A DNA stretch of 64,000 nt from Candidatus Woesearchaeota archaeon (GCA_964592915.1 CAZQGH010000002.1:6435-70434); one strand, 5' to 3'. Numbered from the stretch's first letter, positions 30,576 through 40,762 are shown. Translations and numbers: made by a program. Notes: generated by a model from the sequence alone, not told the origin.

Positions 30576-31010
30576 TTATTGAGAATAGCCTATTTTATCC
30601 AAAAGCCTTGTAACTACTGGTAATGCATCTTCCATGCAACCTATTCCAGGAATAATTGCTCTTTGTCCGTCAATTGCTACAGGTATTGCATAACCCTTTC
30701 CGTTTTTATATGCTTGTCCAAAAGTTAATTCATGTCCGTCGTATCTTGCTGTTGCACCAGTTGGTGTTAATTCTATTTGCAAATTGCCCCAAAAAAATCC
30801 CGGTTCTGTGTTTGCTATTTTTGCTTTTAAACTGTCAGAAATTGGAGTTCTTTGCCTTAATTCTTTTAAGTCGTCATCTTCATCTTCACTAAACAAACAA
30901 CTAGCTAAATACTGCATTGCATCTTCTTTAGAAAAAGCATCTAATGGAATTGGCATTCCTTCTTCATCTTCAGTTTCTTCATTTCTATAAAATCTGGCTC
31001 GATTTTCCAT
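30576..31010 (-). CDS. hypothetical acidic protein
   Basis: 144 aa ORF preceded by a GGAGGT Shine-Dalgarno sequence. Confidence 0.6.
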   Translation of the reverse strand: MENRARFYRNEETEDEEGMPIPLDAFSKEDAMQYLASCLFSEDEDDDLKELRQRTPISDSLKAKIANTEPGFFWGNLQIELTPTGATARYDGHELTFGQAYKNGKGYAIPVAIDGQRAIIPGIGCMEDALPVVTRLLDKIGYSQ

Positions 31011-31039
31011 ATATTTATACCTCCTTTGAGTTTATAAAT

Positions 31040-31582
31040 TTATTCCTTAAAAATGACACATTCAAAATTTTGCAATTTGAATTCTTTATCTTTATATGAG
31101 TTTAATGGCAAAAAAGATTTATTGCATAATGCCTGTAAAAATTGTTTCTGATTTAGATTATGTTCTGTAGCTACCTGAGGCAGTAATAATCCTGTTTTTC
31201 CTTTATAATCGCACATAATTCCGTGTTTTCCAATTTCAATATCTGCAGGTTTGCATTTTTGAGGGAGAGATAAAACTGAAATTTCAATTTTAATTTTTTT
31301 CAGTTCTGATTTATTTAAATGAAGGAATCTCGGGTCAGAAAATGCAGCTTGTTTTGCTGCATTTTGAACAGCATTTTTTAATGGCAATGAGGGATAAGGA
31401 TAACCAATACAACCTCTTAATTTATCATCTTTTGTTAAAGTTACAAACACCCCCAATTTCTCTGCAAATTTTTTGTTTTTTAACTTATTTAATACTGGAG
31501 GTTTTTTATTAGAAAATTCTTCTTTAATAGATTGTCTTGCTAATTTTATCAATAGATTGCCATCCTCTTTTGTAAATTCCAT
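31040..31582 (-). CDS. amrA: AMMECR1/AmmeMemoRadiSam protein A
   Basis: GVFVTL, LRGCIG, AAFSDPRF, EISVLS, GLLLPQVA. Confidence 0.92.
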   Translation of the reverse strand: MEFTKEDGNLLIKLARQSIKEEFSNKKPPVLNKLKNKKFAEKLGVFVTLTKDDKLRGCIGYPYPSLPLKNAVQNAAKQAAFSDPRFLHLNKSELKKIKIEISVLSLPQKCKPADIEIGKHGIMCDYKGKTGLLLPQVATEHNLNQKQFLQALCNKSFLPLNSYKDKEFKLQNFECVIFKE

Positions 31583-31588
31583 ATTATA

Positions 31589-32137
31589 TTAAGCTGTTTT
31601 TTCTAATAAATTTTCATAATCTTGCTTTATAGTATCGTAAAAACGGTTATCTATTGAGTTTTCATCTATATTTAGTTGATTTAGTATTTTAAGCATTTTT
31701 TCTTTATATTTTTCTTTGGGTTTGTTAGTTACTTCTGATGTAATTTCAATAAAATAACCAAGAGTTTCAATTTCAGATATTCTTATAGATATTTCTTTTT
31801 TTTGATATATTTTTGAACTTTTTTTTAAAGAAGAAGAAAGATTAAATCCTAAAATTTCTATGAATTGTACAAAGTTTTCCGGATTGTCAATTTGAAAAGA
31901 AAATTCTAAATTTTCCTGAACTTGATTTAAGGCTTTTTGTATTTTAAATGTTATTAATTTGTTTTTCTTGTATTTTCTTAATCTGAATTCATGCTCTTCA
32001 CTTAGATTTTTATTTTTAAAAAAATAATCTATAGTTGATTCTTTTCCATTATATTTTCCAATTTTTTTCAGTTCAACTTCTATTTTTTCAGGTTTTTCAA
32101 TCCTGGCTTTTATTTTTAATTCCTCTTTTGGTTCCAT
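31589..32137 (-). CDS. CYTH domain protein (CyaB-like, degenerate motif)
   Basis: D.FF, FRLR, ITFK, E.LGYFIEI; the EXEXK signature reads ELKIK. Confidence 0.7.
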   Translation of the reverse strand: MEPKEELKIKARIEKPEKIEVELKKIGKYNGKESTIDYFFKNKNLSEEHEFRLRKYKKNKLITFKIQKALNQVQENLEFSFQIDNPENFVQFIEILGFNLSSSLKKSSKIYQKKEISIRISEIETLGYFIEITSEVTNKPKEKYKEKMLKILNQLNIDENSIDNRFYDTIKQDYENLLEKTA

Positions 32138-32435
32138 ATATTTTAATAAAAACGAGGCTATTTAAATTTTTGGAGAGTCATAGATAGTAAATTCCACAGG
32201 TAATAAATAAAATATTAAATCTTAAAATTTATCTACATTCATTTCTTTAACACTAAAATTCAAAAAATACTCTTATTATTAACAGCTTCAGGTTTTAAGG
32301 CATTAAAATTCATTAATAAACTTTTTCGAATTATTGCCTTTTAATTATACAAAACCGGAAATTTAATTGTTTAGTTTTAATTTATATAATGAGTAGTAAC
32401 ACAAAAAATAAATATCAAGTTAAATAAATCCTGAT

Positions 32436-33512
32436 ATGAACGAGTTTGTTACAGCTGATGAGTTTATAGATGAAGAAGATAGAATAGTGATGCATATTGA
32501 TTTAGATGCATTTTTTGCATCATGCGAAGAAGTAAAAAATCCTAATTTAAAAAATAAACCTGTTGTTATTGGTGCTAATCCTAAAAAAGGAAAAGGAAGA
32601 GGAGTTGTTTCAACATGCAATTATAAAGCCAGGGAATTTGGAATAAAATCTGCAATGCCCATTTCTTTTGCATATAAAAAATGTCCAAAAGCTTTTTTTT
32701 TGCCAGTTAATATGACGTTTTATTCTAAAGTTTCTAAGGAAATCATGAAAACAATTAAAAGTTATGGCAAAAAGTTTCAGCAGGTTAGTATTGATGAGGC
32801 TTTTATTGAACCAATTAGTGAATATGATGTTTTTGAGTTGGCTAAAAAAATACAAAATGAAATTTATACAAAAAAGAAAATAACATGCAGTATAGGCATA
32901 GCTCCGAATAAGCTAGTAGCAAAAATCGCTTCAGATTTTAGAAAACCCAATGCAATTACAATTGTTAAAAGTAGCGAAATAAAAATGTTTTTGTCTCCAT
33001 TAGATATAAGGAAATTACCAGGTATTGGGGAAAAATCTGAGAAAAAATTAAAAGATATTGGAATAAAAACTGTTTCTGATTTACAAAACTTTCCTATTCA
33101 AAAACTGGAAAAAATATTTGGTGTGAAAACAGCTAGATATTTGAAGAGAATTTCTTTAGGAAAAGATGATTCTGAAGTTGAAGAAAAAGGAAAAAGAAAA
33201 AGTTTAGGCAAAGAGGTTACATTTTCGAAAGATATTTCAGATAAGCAAAAAATTTATAATACAATAGAAAAATTAGCTGAAAAATGCTATATGGGTTTGA
33301 GAAAAAAGAAGATTAATTTCAGAACTATCAATATAAAAATCAGGTATGATGACTTTTCAACACATACAAAACAAAGAACATTTCAAGAACAGAAAAATTT
33401 GAAAGAAATGAAGTTGTGGAGTAAAGAATTAGCTAAGAAATTTTTAAAAGATGATAGAAAAATAAGATTAGTGGGGGTGAGTTTTTCAAAATTGTCAGTT
33501 AATAAGGTTTAA
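32436..33512 (+). CDS. dinB: DNA polymerase IV (Y family)
   Basis: HIDLDAFFASCE, VSTCNY.AR.FG, SIDEAF, SIGIAPNKLVAKIASD..KP, LPGIG. Confidence 0.95.
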   Translation: MNEFVTADEFIDEEDRIVMHIDLDAFFASCEEVKNPNLKNKPVVIGANPKKGKGRGVVSTCNYKAREFGIKSAMPISFAYKKCPKAFFLPVNMTFYSKVSKEIMKTIKSYGKKFQQVSIDEAFIEPISEYDVFELAKKIQNEIYTKKKITCSIGIAPNKLVAKIASDFRKPNAITIVKSSEIKMFLSPLDIRKLPGIGEKSEKKLKDIGIKTVSDLQNFPIQKLEKIFGVKTARYLKRISLGKDDSEVEEKGKRKSLGKEVTFSKDISDKQKIYNTIEKLAEKCYMGLRKKKINFRTINIKIRYDDFSTHTKQRTFQEQKNLKEMKLWSKELAKKFLKDDRKIRLVGVSFSKLSVNKV

Positions 33513-33536
33513 AAACACTGAGTTAGTAAAATCATT

Positions 33537-33878
33537 ATGGATAAAAATACAATTCACAAAGTAATTTATGTATATGCTGAATTGCCTTCAGAATCTCAGG
33601 TTTTGCCTGGAGAATATCTGAAGAAAAAACAGGAGAAAAATTTAGAAATACTGAAAAAATCAGTTTCTATGATTGAAGATACTGAGACATTTGTAAAAGA
33701 AGTGAAGAAAGTAATGCAGAAGAATAAAAAAAGATATGAAAAAGCTTTTTCTGAACCTATTGACGAGGATTTTATTAATATTCTATTATATGACTTGTTC
33801 AAGAAGAAATTAATTGATAAAGAAAAGTTCGAAAAATTAAAAAAAGATTTAAGTAAGCATATTGAAATTTATGTTTGA
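33537..33878 (+). CDS. hypothetical protein
   Basis: 113 aa ATG ORF directly after dinB. Confidence 0.55.
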   Translation: MDKNTIHKVIYVYAELPSESQVLPGEYLKKKQEKNLEILKKSVSMIEDTETFVKEVKKVMQKNKKRYEKAFSEPIDEDFINILLYDLFKKKLIDKEKFEKLKKDLSKHIEIYV

Positions 33879-35248
33879 AAAGCAATTCTTTTTGTCACTC
33901 TAGCTATTTCATTTTCTAAACCCAACACATCTCTAATTGGGTTCAGATGTTTGAGTTTATGCAAGAGTTTTTCAGGTTTTTTAACTTTTCTTATCTCTTT
34001 GACTTTAGGTAAGAAGAAAATAGTAACTAATGAACGAGCTAAACCTGAAATTAGGAAAATAAATAATAATTTATTCATAAAACTGATTGTCAGATACTGG
34101 GCTAGCAAGCCTCCTAATGATGCACCAAAAAATATACCAATACCCATTAATAGATTGTTGTATGAGACACATATACCTCTTCTTTGCTGAGAAACAGAAT
34201 CATAAATGAAGTTTGAAGCTGCTAAATTAAATGCTGCCCATGAAGCTCCGGCAACTAACTGAGGAACAAATGCAAGATAATATGGAGATTCAGAAAAAAA
34301 CCATAAAATAGGAACAAAAGGGATGAACAAAGATGAAACTCTCAATATTTCCCTATTTCCATATTTATCTGAAAATTTTCCCCATATTGGCAGGAACATC
34401 AAAGAATAAACAGATGATGAAATTTGTATTATCATAAATGTTGTATAAGAAAATTGTAAATCCCTCAGCATATATACAATAAAAAACGGACTTGCTATGG
34501 CAGTTGCAAAATGCATCATTGAAATAAAAATTACAAATTTCCCGAAATTATTTTTTCTAGCATGCTTAATAAACTGAAAAAATGAAAAGTAATATCCTTT
34601 TTCTAGCTTTAGGTTTGGTTCGTGATGTTTTTTAAATAATCTTGAGGCAATCCATCTGGTTAAAAATGCTAAGAAGAAGATTATTGAGAATCCAATTAAA
34701 ACATAACCTTTTGTTTCAGTTAAATCTAAGATAAATGCAGATGTGATAATTGCCAAAATTGTAAACAAACCTGTAATTCTGTTTCTTTTGCTAAAATACT
34801 TTCCCCTAATTTTGCCAGGAACAATATCTCCCATTAATGAAAACCAGGAAGGTAAAGCAATGCCTCCAAAAATCAAGTAAACTGAATAAAAAATTATCAG
34901 TATTAAAGGAAGATAATTTTGAAATAAATTTATATTAAAAAAATAGCCTAATAAGATAATTGGCAGCCACATTAAAGCTTGCAAAAAAACAAATAATGAA
35001 AGTATGTTTTTTCTTGAGATTTTTTCCATTAGTTTTGAACCATATAACTGAGAGAGAGGATAAATTAAACCTGTGAATGAGGTTAAAAATCCAATATGAG
35101 CATTATTTGCATTTAATGCTAATGCATAAGGAACAATATACTGATTACCCAAACCAAATGTTGCAGCTGAAAACGAACCCTCTTTTATTGATACTTTTCT
35201 TGTTTTCTGATTTTTCAGTTCTTCCTCTTCTTTTGCCTCTTTTTTCAT
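33869..35248 (-). CDS. MFS transporter
   Basis: About 12 TM segments; WGKFSDKYGNR motif; RGKYFSKR. Confidence 0.9.
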   Translation of the reverse strand: MKKEAKEEEELKNQKTRKVSIKEGSFSAATFGLGNQYIVPYALALNANNAHIGFLTSFTGLIYPLSQLYGSKLMEKISRKNILSLFVFLQALMWLPIILLGYFFNINLFQNYLPLILIIFYSVYLIFGGIALPSWFSLMGDIVPGKIRGKYFSKRNRITGLFTILAIITSAFILDLTETKGYVLIGFSIIFFLAFLTRWIASRLFKKHHEPNLKLEKGYYFSFFQFIKHARKNNFGKFVIFISMMHFATAIASPFFIVYMLRDLQFSYTTFMIIQISSSVYSLMFLPIWGKFSDKYGNREILRVSSLFIPFVPILWFFSESPYYLAFVPQLVAGASWAAFNLAASNFIYDSVSQQRRGICVSYNNLLMGIGIFFGASLGGLLAQYLTISFMNKLLFIFLISGLARSLVTIFFLPKVKEIRKVKKPEKLLHKLKHLNPIRDVLGLENEIARVTKRIAFQT

Positions 35249-35325
35249 AAAATTAATTAAAAAAAAGAATATAAAAACATAACGAAATTGAGAATTTGAA
35301 TTGCTAGAATCTAGTGTGAATTGAA

Positions 35326-35868
35326 CTAAATCTTTATGTCTTCGATAAATTCTTTATTAACTCTAAGAGTTTTTGACGAAACTTTTCGAAGATGGTAGGA
35401 AATTGATTTTTTATTTCCAATTGCAACATATACTACTTTCTTTTTAAATCTTTCAATGGCTGCCTTGACTGCTCCTGAAAAATCCCCGTCATTTGAAATC
35501 AAATAAGCTTCATCATAAATATCTGCTTGCCCATCTAAAACCAAGTCTAATGCAAGATTTATGTCAGTAGCTTTTTCAACATAATACTCTTCCCCATCTC
35601 TTTTTCTTTTTTCTAATCTGCCGAAAATAATTTTCAGTTTTTCTACTTTTTTTAGTTTTTCGAGAAATTTCTGCTGTTCTGCGTACATTTTTGGATTGCT
35701 TTCTCCAACAGGCGCAATATAATAGTTAATCTTGATTATTTCTTTGTTTTTAGCTATTTTCTTGCAAAATTTTTCAATATCTATCTTGTAATCGAATGCA
35801 TTTTTAACAGAAAAATAAAAATTGATTCCATCAATATAGATTACGACTTTTTTATTTTTAGAAACCAT
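35326..35868 (-). CDS. NYN (LabA/DUF88, PIN-fold) ribonuclease
   Basis: YIDGINFY, EKATDINLALD, LISNDGDF; likely start MVSK at 35868. Confidence 0.9.
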   Translation of the reverse strand: MVSKNKKVVIYIDGINFYFSVKNAFDYKIDIEKFCKKIAKNKEIIKINYYIAPVGESNPKMYAEQQKFLEKLKKVEKLKIIFGRLEKRKRDGEEYYVEKATDINLALDLVLDGQADIYDEAYLISNDGDFSGAVKAAIERFKKKVVYVAIGNKKSISYHLRKVSSKTLRVNKEFIEDIKI

Positions 35869-35880
35869 TTGAATATAAAA

Positions 35881-35906
35881 CATGGGGTTAGTTTCCTACC
35901 CCCATG
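35881..35906 (-). promoter_or_regulatory. GC-rich GNRA-capped hairpin in the 5' leader of the NYN gene
   Basis: Minus strand CATGGGGGTAG-GAAA-CTAACCCCATG, downstream of a TTTAAATA box. Confidence 0.6.
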
Positions 35907-36030
35907 GACTTAATTAGTAATTATACTGCTTTTTAATTATTTAAATGTTTTTATTCAGATTTAAATTTTGTATCAATCAAGTAGAAATAAGAATATAACA
36001 AATCAGAAATAACCCCTGTTCAATTCTTAA

Positions 36031-36130
36031 TGCACCAGGCGGGAATTGAACCCACGTCACAAGCTTTTTCCTAATCCTGTTTTGTTTAGGAGATTGGGAA
36101 GCTTGAATCTTACCACTGGACCACTGGTGC
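36031..36130 (-). tRNA. tRNA-Gly (CCC) with a 29-nt intron at position 37/38 (36066-36094)
   Basis: Acceptor GCACCAG/CTGGTGC; CAAGC-TT CCC A[intron]A-GCTTG; T-loop TTCAATT; TTCC/GGAA central helix of a relaxed BHB motif. Confidence 0.9.
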
Positions 36131-36144
36131 ATTTAGTTTTATTT

Positions 36145-36672
36145 TTAATTTTCTAAAAATTTTTTTAATTTGTTTAATGCAAGTAATCTCATTGAGATTT
36201 TATTTTTTTCTTTTTCAGTCATTTGAGCAAATGTTTTGTTATAATTGTCAGGGATAAAAACAGGATCCCATCCAAAATTTGTATTTCCTTTGGGTTTTTC
36301 CGGAATTATACCAGTCAATTTTCCTGAGAATATTTTTAAATTATTTCCATCATGATATCCAATGCAGGTTTCAACTTCAGCTTTATTCCCATATATTTTA
36401 GATAGATTGCATATTCCTTTATTTCCTATTGAATTTAAAACCCATTTAATCAATGCTCCGGGAAAATTTATGCTTTTAATATAAAAGCCTGTGTCTTCCA
36501 CAATAACTGGTTTTTTTGTGATTTTATATGCTCTTAGTATTTTATCTTCTACAACTTTTTTAACATCAATTGCCTGAATTTCTGGTAAATCAATGTTTTT
36601 TTGTTCTATTTTTTTATTTAAAATTTGTTCAAACTCTCTTAATTTGTTTTGATTAGAAGTTATAAATTGCAT
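36145..36672 (-). CDS. rdgB: non-canonical purine NTP pyrophosphatase (Ham1/RdgB/ITPase)
   Basis: TSNQNKLRE, LPEIQ, VEDTG, FPG, FGWDPVF, EKNKISMR. Confidence 0.92.
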   Translation of the reverse strand: MQFITSNQNKLREFEQILNKKIEQKNIDLPEIQAIDVKKVVEDKILRAYKITKKPVIVEDTGFYIKSINFPGALIKWVLNSIGNKGICNLSKIYGNKAEVETCIGYHDGNNLKIFSGKLTGIIPEKPKGNTNFGWDPVFIPDNYNKTFAQMTEKEKNKISMRLLALNKLKKFLEN

Positions 36673-36758
36673 TATTTTAGTAAAACAACTGCGTTTTTAT
36701 ATTTTCTGATAAATTTGAAGAACTTCAAAAAATTTTTAAACTCCAATCATTAATACTT

Positions 36759-37205
36759 TTGACAATGAAATCTGAGCCAGAATGGTTTTATGGAACGAAA
36801 GGAGCAGTAGAAAGACCTACTAACAGAGCAAGAGGATTATTTCCTGTTGAAAGATTTTTTGCAAGGTATGTTGATGAATATGGGGGAATAGAAAGATTAA
36901 GATGTGTTAGACATAATGGCAGATATGAGAGAAAAGTTTACCAAAGAGCTAATGATGAATTAAGAAACAAACCTTTTATTGGGGAACTGATTAAGAAGGC
37001 AGAAGAGCAAGCAGATAGTGATAAATCTGTATATATTGTTGATGGAAATCTTTCAGACAGATTAATCCTCCCTTTTAGTGATTTAATAACCCAGGTTGAA
37101 GAGCCATTAGAAAGAGCTTTATTACAAGGGAAAAATGCAAGAGATTCTTTATTGAACTTTGGTAATGGAGAACTAACATTTATTATGGACTTAGATATCA
37201 GTTAA
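36759..37205 (+). CDS. hypothetical protein
   Basis: 148 aa ORF (ATG at 36765 likely). Confidence 0.55.
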   Translation: MTMKSEPEWFYGTKGAVERPTNRARGLFPVERFFARYVDEYGGIERLRCVRHNGRYERKVYQRANDELRNKPFIGELIKKAEEQADSDKSVYIVDGNLSDRLILPFSDLITQVEEPLERALLQGKNARDSLLNFGNGELTFIMDLDIS

Positions 37206-37235
37206 TCTTAAATATACTAATTTTATATTGTAATT

Positions 37236-38660
37236 ATGGCAAAGGAAAAAGCATTTTATGTTACTACAGCAATTGATTATGTCAATGCTAGTCCTCATAT
37301 AGGGCATGCATTTGAAAAAGTTTTAGTTGATGCTATATCAAGGTGGAAAAAATTAAAGGGGAAAGAAGTGAGATTTTTAACTGGAACAGATGAAAATGCT
37401 CAAAAAAATGTTCAGGCAGCAAAAGATGCAGGAGTTGATGTTAAAGATTTTGTAGATAAAAATTCTAAATTATTTATCAAGTTATGTGAAGTTTTGAATA
37501 TAAATTATGATGAGTTTATTAGAACAACGCAGCAAAAACATAATAGAAAATCACAGGAGATATTTAAAAAAGTTTATGATAAAGGAGACATTTACAAAGG
37601 GAAATATGAAGGTTATTATTGCCAGGGATGTGAGGCATTTTTAACTGAAAAAGATTTAGTTGATGGGAAATGTCCTGAACATTACAAAGAGCCAGAATGG
37701 TTTTCCCAGGAAACTTATTTTTTCAAATTAAGCAATTATAAAGATAAAGTTTTAAAATTTATTCAAGATTATATTATTCCCGAGGAAAGAAAAAATGAGA
37801 TTATCAGCAGGTTAGAAAGCGAAGAGTTAAAAGATTTATCTGTTTCGAGAATTAATCTCGATTGGGGGATTGATGTTCCGATTGATAAAAACCATAAAAT
37901 TTATGTTTGGTTTGACGCATTGATAAACTATCTTTCTGGTGCAGATGGAGAGTGGCCTGCTGATTTGCATGTAATTGGCAAAGGGATAAATTGGTTTCAT
38001 TCAGTTATCTGGCCTGCAATGTTAATGTCAGCTGAAATTGAACTGCCAAAAAAATTGTTAGTTCATGGTTATCTGAATTTAAAAGGAGAAAAAATGTCAA
38101 AATCAAAAGGTAATGTTATTGACCCTTTAAAATTAGCTGAAAAATACAAATCAGATTCTATTAGGCATTCATTACTAAGATGTTCAGTATTTGAAGATTC
38201 AGATTATTCTGAGCAAATATTAATTGAAAGACATAACACAGAGTTAGCAAACAAATTCGGCAATTTAGTTTCAAGAGTTACAAGTTTGGCTGAGAAATAT
38301 GGTATTGAAAAAAACGATAATAAACTGATTAAGAAGTTAAAGCTGGAAGAAATTGAGAAGTTAATGGAGGGTTATGAATTAGATAAGGCATTAAATTTAA
38401 TATTTGAATTTATTGATGTTTGCAATGAGTATGTTCAGGAAAAAAAGCCCTGGAAAACTGAAGATAAAAAGGTGTTATATGAATTAGCTGATTCTATAAA
38501 AGCAATAGCAATATTTTTGTTTCCGTTTATTCCCGAAACATCTGAAAAAATTGCCAGGCATTTTGGATTTGAGATTAAATTTGAAAATATAAAAAAGCAA
38601 TTAAAAGAAAAGCAGATTAAAAAATCTGAGATTTTATTTGAAAAAATAAAAAATGAATAA
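37236..38660 (+). CDS. metG: methionyl-tRNA synthetase, short form lacking the C-terminal OB domain
   Basis: YVTTAIDYVNA.PHIGH, TGTDEN, Zn knuckle, YVWFDAL.NY, KMSKS. Confidence 0.95.
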   Translation: MAKEKAFYVTTAIDYVNASPHIGHAFEKVLVDAISRWKKLKGKEVRFLTGTDENAQKNVQAAKDAGVDVKDFVDKNSKLFIKLCEVLNINYDEFIRTTQQKHNRKSQEIFKKVYDKGDIYKGKYEGYYCQGCEAFLTEKDLVDGKCPEHYKEPEWFSQETYFFKLSNYKDKVLKFIQDYIIPEERKNEIISRLESEELKDLSVSRINLDWGIDVPIDKNHKIYVWFDALINYLSGADGEWPADLHVIGKGINWFHSVIWPAMLMSAEIELPKKLLVHGYLNLKGEKMSKSKGNVIDPLKLAEKYKSDSIRHSLLRCSVFEDSDYSEQILIERHNTELANKFGNLVSRVTSLAEKYGIEKNDNKLIKKLKLEEIEKLMEGYELDKALNLIFEFIDVCNEYVQEKKPWKTEDKKVLYELADSIKAIAIFLFPFIPETSEKIARHFGFEIKFENIKKQLKEKQIKKSEILFEKIKNE

Positions 38661-38913
38661 ATTTGAGAAATACAGAAGACAAATTGACAAAATAAACAAT
38701 AAAATTATTTCTTTATTAGCTGAGAGAATGAAAATTGTAAAGAAAGTAGGGGAATATAAAAAGAAGAACAATATGAAGATTACAGATAAAAAAAGAGAAG
38801 AGAAAATCTATGCCGAAGTTAGAAGAAATGCTAAAAAATATGATTTATTTCCTGAATATATAGAGCAGGTATTCAGATGCATAATCAGTAATTCCAAAAA
38901 AGCTGAAAAATAA
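38653..38913 (+). CDS. aroQ: chorismate mutase (AroQ)
   Basis: R.QID.IN.KIISLLAERM.IV.KVG.YK....I.D..RE. Confidence 0.88.
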   Translation: MNKFEKYRRQIDKINNKIISLLAERMKIVKKVGEYKKKNNMKITDKKREEKIYAEVRRNAKKYDLFPEYIEQVFRCIISNSKKAEK

Positions 38914-38945
38914 TATTAAGAAACTTATAAAAATAAATAATCATT

Positions 38946-39902
38946 ATGATTTCTATGGCTAAGGGAAGAACCAGTAAAAAGCAAAATAGAAAGTATGTGA
39001 TAGGGATAATTGGAGGAACAGGGTTACTAGGAAGAACATTTGCAAAATTTTTCAGAAAACATAATCATAAGGTTTTAATTGCTGGAAGAAAAACCAAATT
39101 AAATTATGGAGATTTGGCTGAAAAATGTGATGTTGTTATATTCTCCTTGCCAATTAGTGTAACTCCGAAAATTATAAAGAAAATCAGAAAAAAAGTTAGA
39201 GCTAATCAGTTATTAATGGATTTTACTTCAGTTAAAAGAGATTCTGTAAAGGAAATGATGAAATCCAAAGCATCAGTGATTGGTTTGCATCCGATGTTTG
39301 GTAAGGTTGAGAGCTTGAAAGGAAAAACAATTATAGTTATTCCAGCTAGAATAAACAGAAATGAAGAATGGATGACATGGTTGTTATATTTGTTTAAAAA
39401 GGGAAATGTTAAAGTTAAGGTTACAACTCCTGAAAACCATGATAAAATTATGGCAGTCTTGCAGGGTTTAATGCATTTTAATTTTATTGTAATGAGTAAG
39501 ACATTGAGAGAAATTGAAAAAAAGTATAAGATTAATTTAGATGAGCTGATTGATTTTGGAGGCATTATTTACAAATTAAGATATGAGATGATTTCCAGAA
39601 TACTAAATAATGAGGGTGAAATGCATGCTGATATATCAATAAAAAACAAAACAACAAACACAGTTTTAAAAGAATATGAAAAGCAGGTTAAACAATTGAG
39701 AAAGATAATTGGAAGGGAAAATAAAAAATAATTTGTAAAGTTTTATAATGAAGCAGGAGATTTTTATAAAAATTTTAAAAAACAGGCATTAGAAGATACT
39801 ACAAAGTTAATTGAACAATTTTCAGAACTAGAAAATAAAAAGCAAAAGAAGCAGAAGATGAAATCAAAAACTAGAAGCAAATCAAAATCAAATAAAAAAT
39901 GA
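38946..39902 (+). pseudogene. tyrA: prephenate dehydrogenase with an in-frame TAA at 39729-39731
   Basis: GIIGGTGLLG, DFTSVK, HPMFG, HDKIMA.LQGL.H; the frame continues 56 codons past the TAA to a TGA overlapping the pheA ATG. Confidence 0.8.
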
Positions 39903-40762
39903 TAGCTACTTTAGGACCAAACGGAACATTTTCAGAATTGGCATGTAAAAATTACACAGATGAAGAAATTTTATTTTGCAAAAACATAAAAGAGGTTTTT
40001 GATGCTGTTGAATTTAACAAAGCCAGAATAGGAATGGTTCCAGTAGAAAATATGCTGGATGGTTCTGTTGGGGAAACTTTGGATTTGTTGCATAGAGGTA
40101 ATGTTTATGTTATTGATGAAGTTCTTGTTGAGATACACATGTATTTAGCAGGGAAAAATAGTTTAAATGACATAGAAGTTGTAATGTCTAAAGATAAAGC
40201 ATTAGGGCAGTGTTTAGATTTTATTAGAAAGCATAATTTTGAAATAAAAGAAACCTTATCTACTGCTGAAGCAATGAAAATTGTTTCAGAATCGGAAAAA
40301 AAATATGGCGCTATAGGAACAAAATTAGCTGCTGGGCAGTATGGTTTGAAAATTTTAGCAGAAAATATTGAAGACTTCAGAAACAATGTTTCTGACAGTG
40401 CTCAGAAATCTTCCGATTTCCGACATAATAAAAACAATATTACAAGATTTTTTGTTATTAGTAAAAAAAAGAAAGAAAAGAACATAAGAAAAAATCCAGA
40501 TAAAAAATACAAAACAAGCATAGCAATTAAACCAAATGAGGACAGACCAGGTTTACTACATGACTTATTGCAGGCATTTGCAAAAAGAAATATTAATTTG
40601 ACTAAAATTGAATCTCGTCCTACTAAGATAAACTTAGGAGAATATATATTTTATATTGATTTTGAAGGACATGAGAAAGACGAAGATGTTAAAAAGGCAT
40701 TTGAAGAATTAAGAAAATTGGATGATTTGAAAATATTTGGAAGTTATGAAAAGAAATTTTAA
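39899..40762 (+). CDS. pheA: prephenate dehydratase with a 17-aa element-derived insertion
   Basis: LGPNGTFSE, VPVEN..DGSV, STAEA, N.TRF, DRPGLL, NLTKIESRP, Y.FYID. Confidence 0.93.
   Translation: MIATLGPNGTFSELACKNYTDEEILFCKNIKEVFDAVEFNKARIGMVPVENMLDGSVGETLDLLHRGNVYVIDEVLVEIHMYLAGKNSLNDIEVVMSKDKALGQCLDFIRKHNFEIKETLSTAEAMKIVSESEKKYGAIGTKLAAGQYGLKILAENIEDFRNNVSDSAQKSSDFRHNKNNITRFFVISKKKKEKNIRKNPDKKYKTSIAIKPNEDRPGLLHDLLQAFAKRNINLTKIESRPTKINLGEYIFYIDFEGHEKDEDVKKAFEELRKLDDLKIFGSYEKKF
40375..40425 (+). mobile_element. palindromic element core (C), inserted in frame in pheA
   Basis: CTTC-AGAAAC aat GTTTCT-GACAGTGCTC-AGAAATC ttcc GATTTCC-GACA; 51 nt; removal restores ENIED-NKNNITRF. Confidence 0.8.

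Noticed and set aside
8066..32210. Shared 14-mer ACAGGTAATAAATA in two intergenic regions
   Set aside because: Short, AT-rich and in different contexts; plausible by chance
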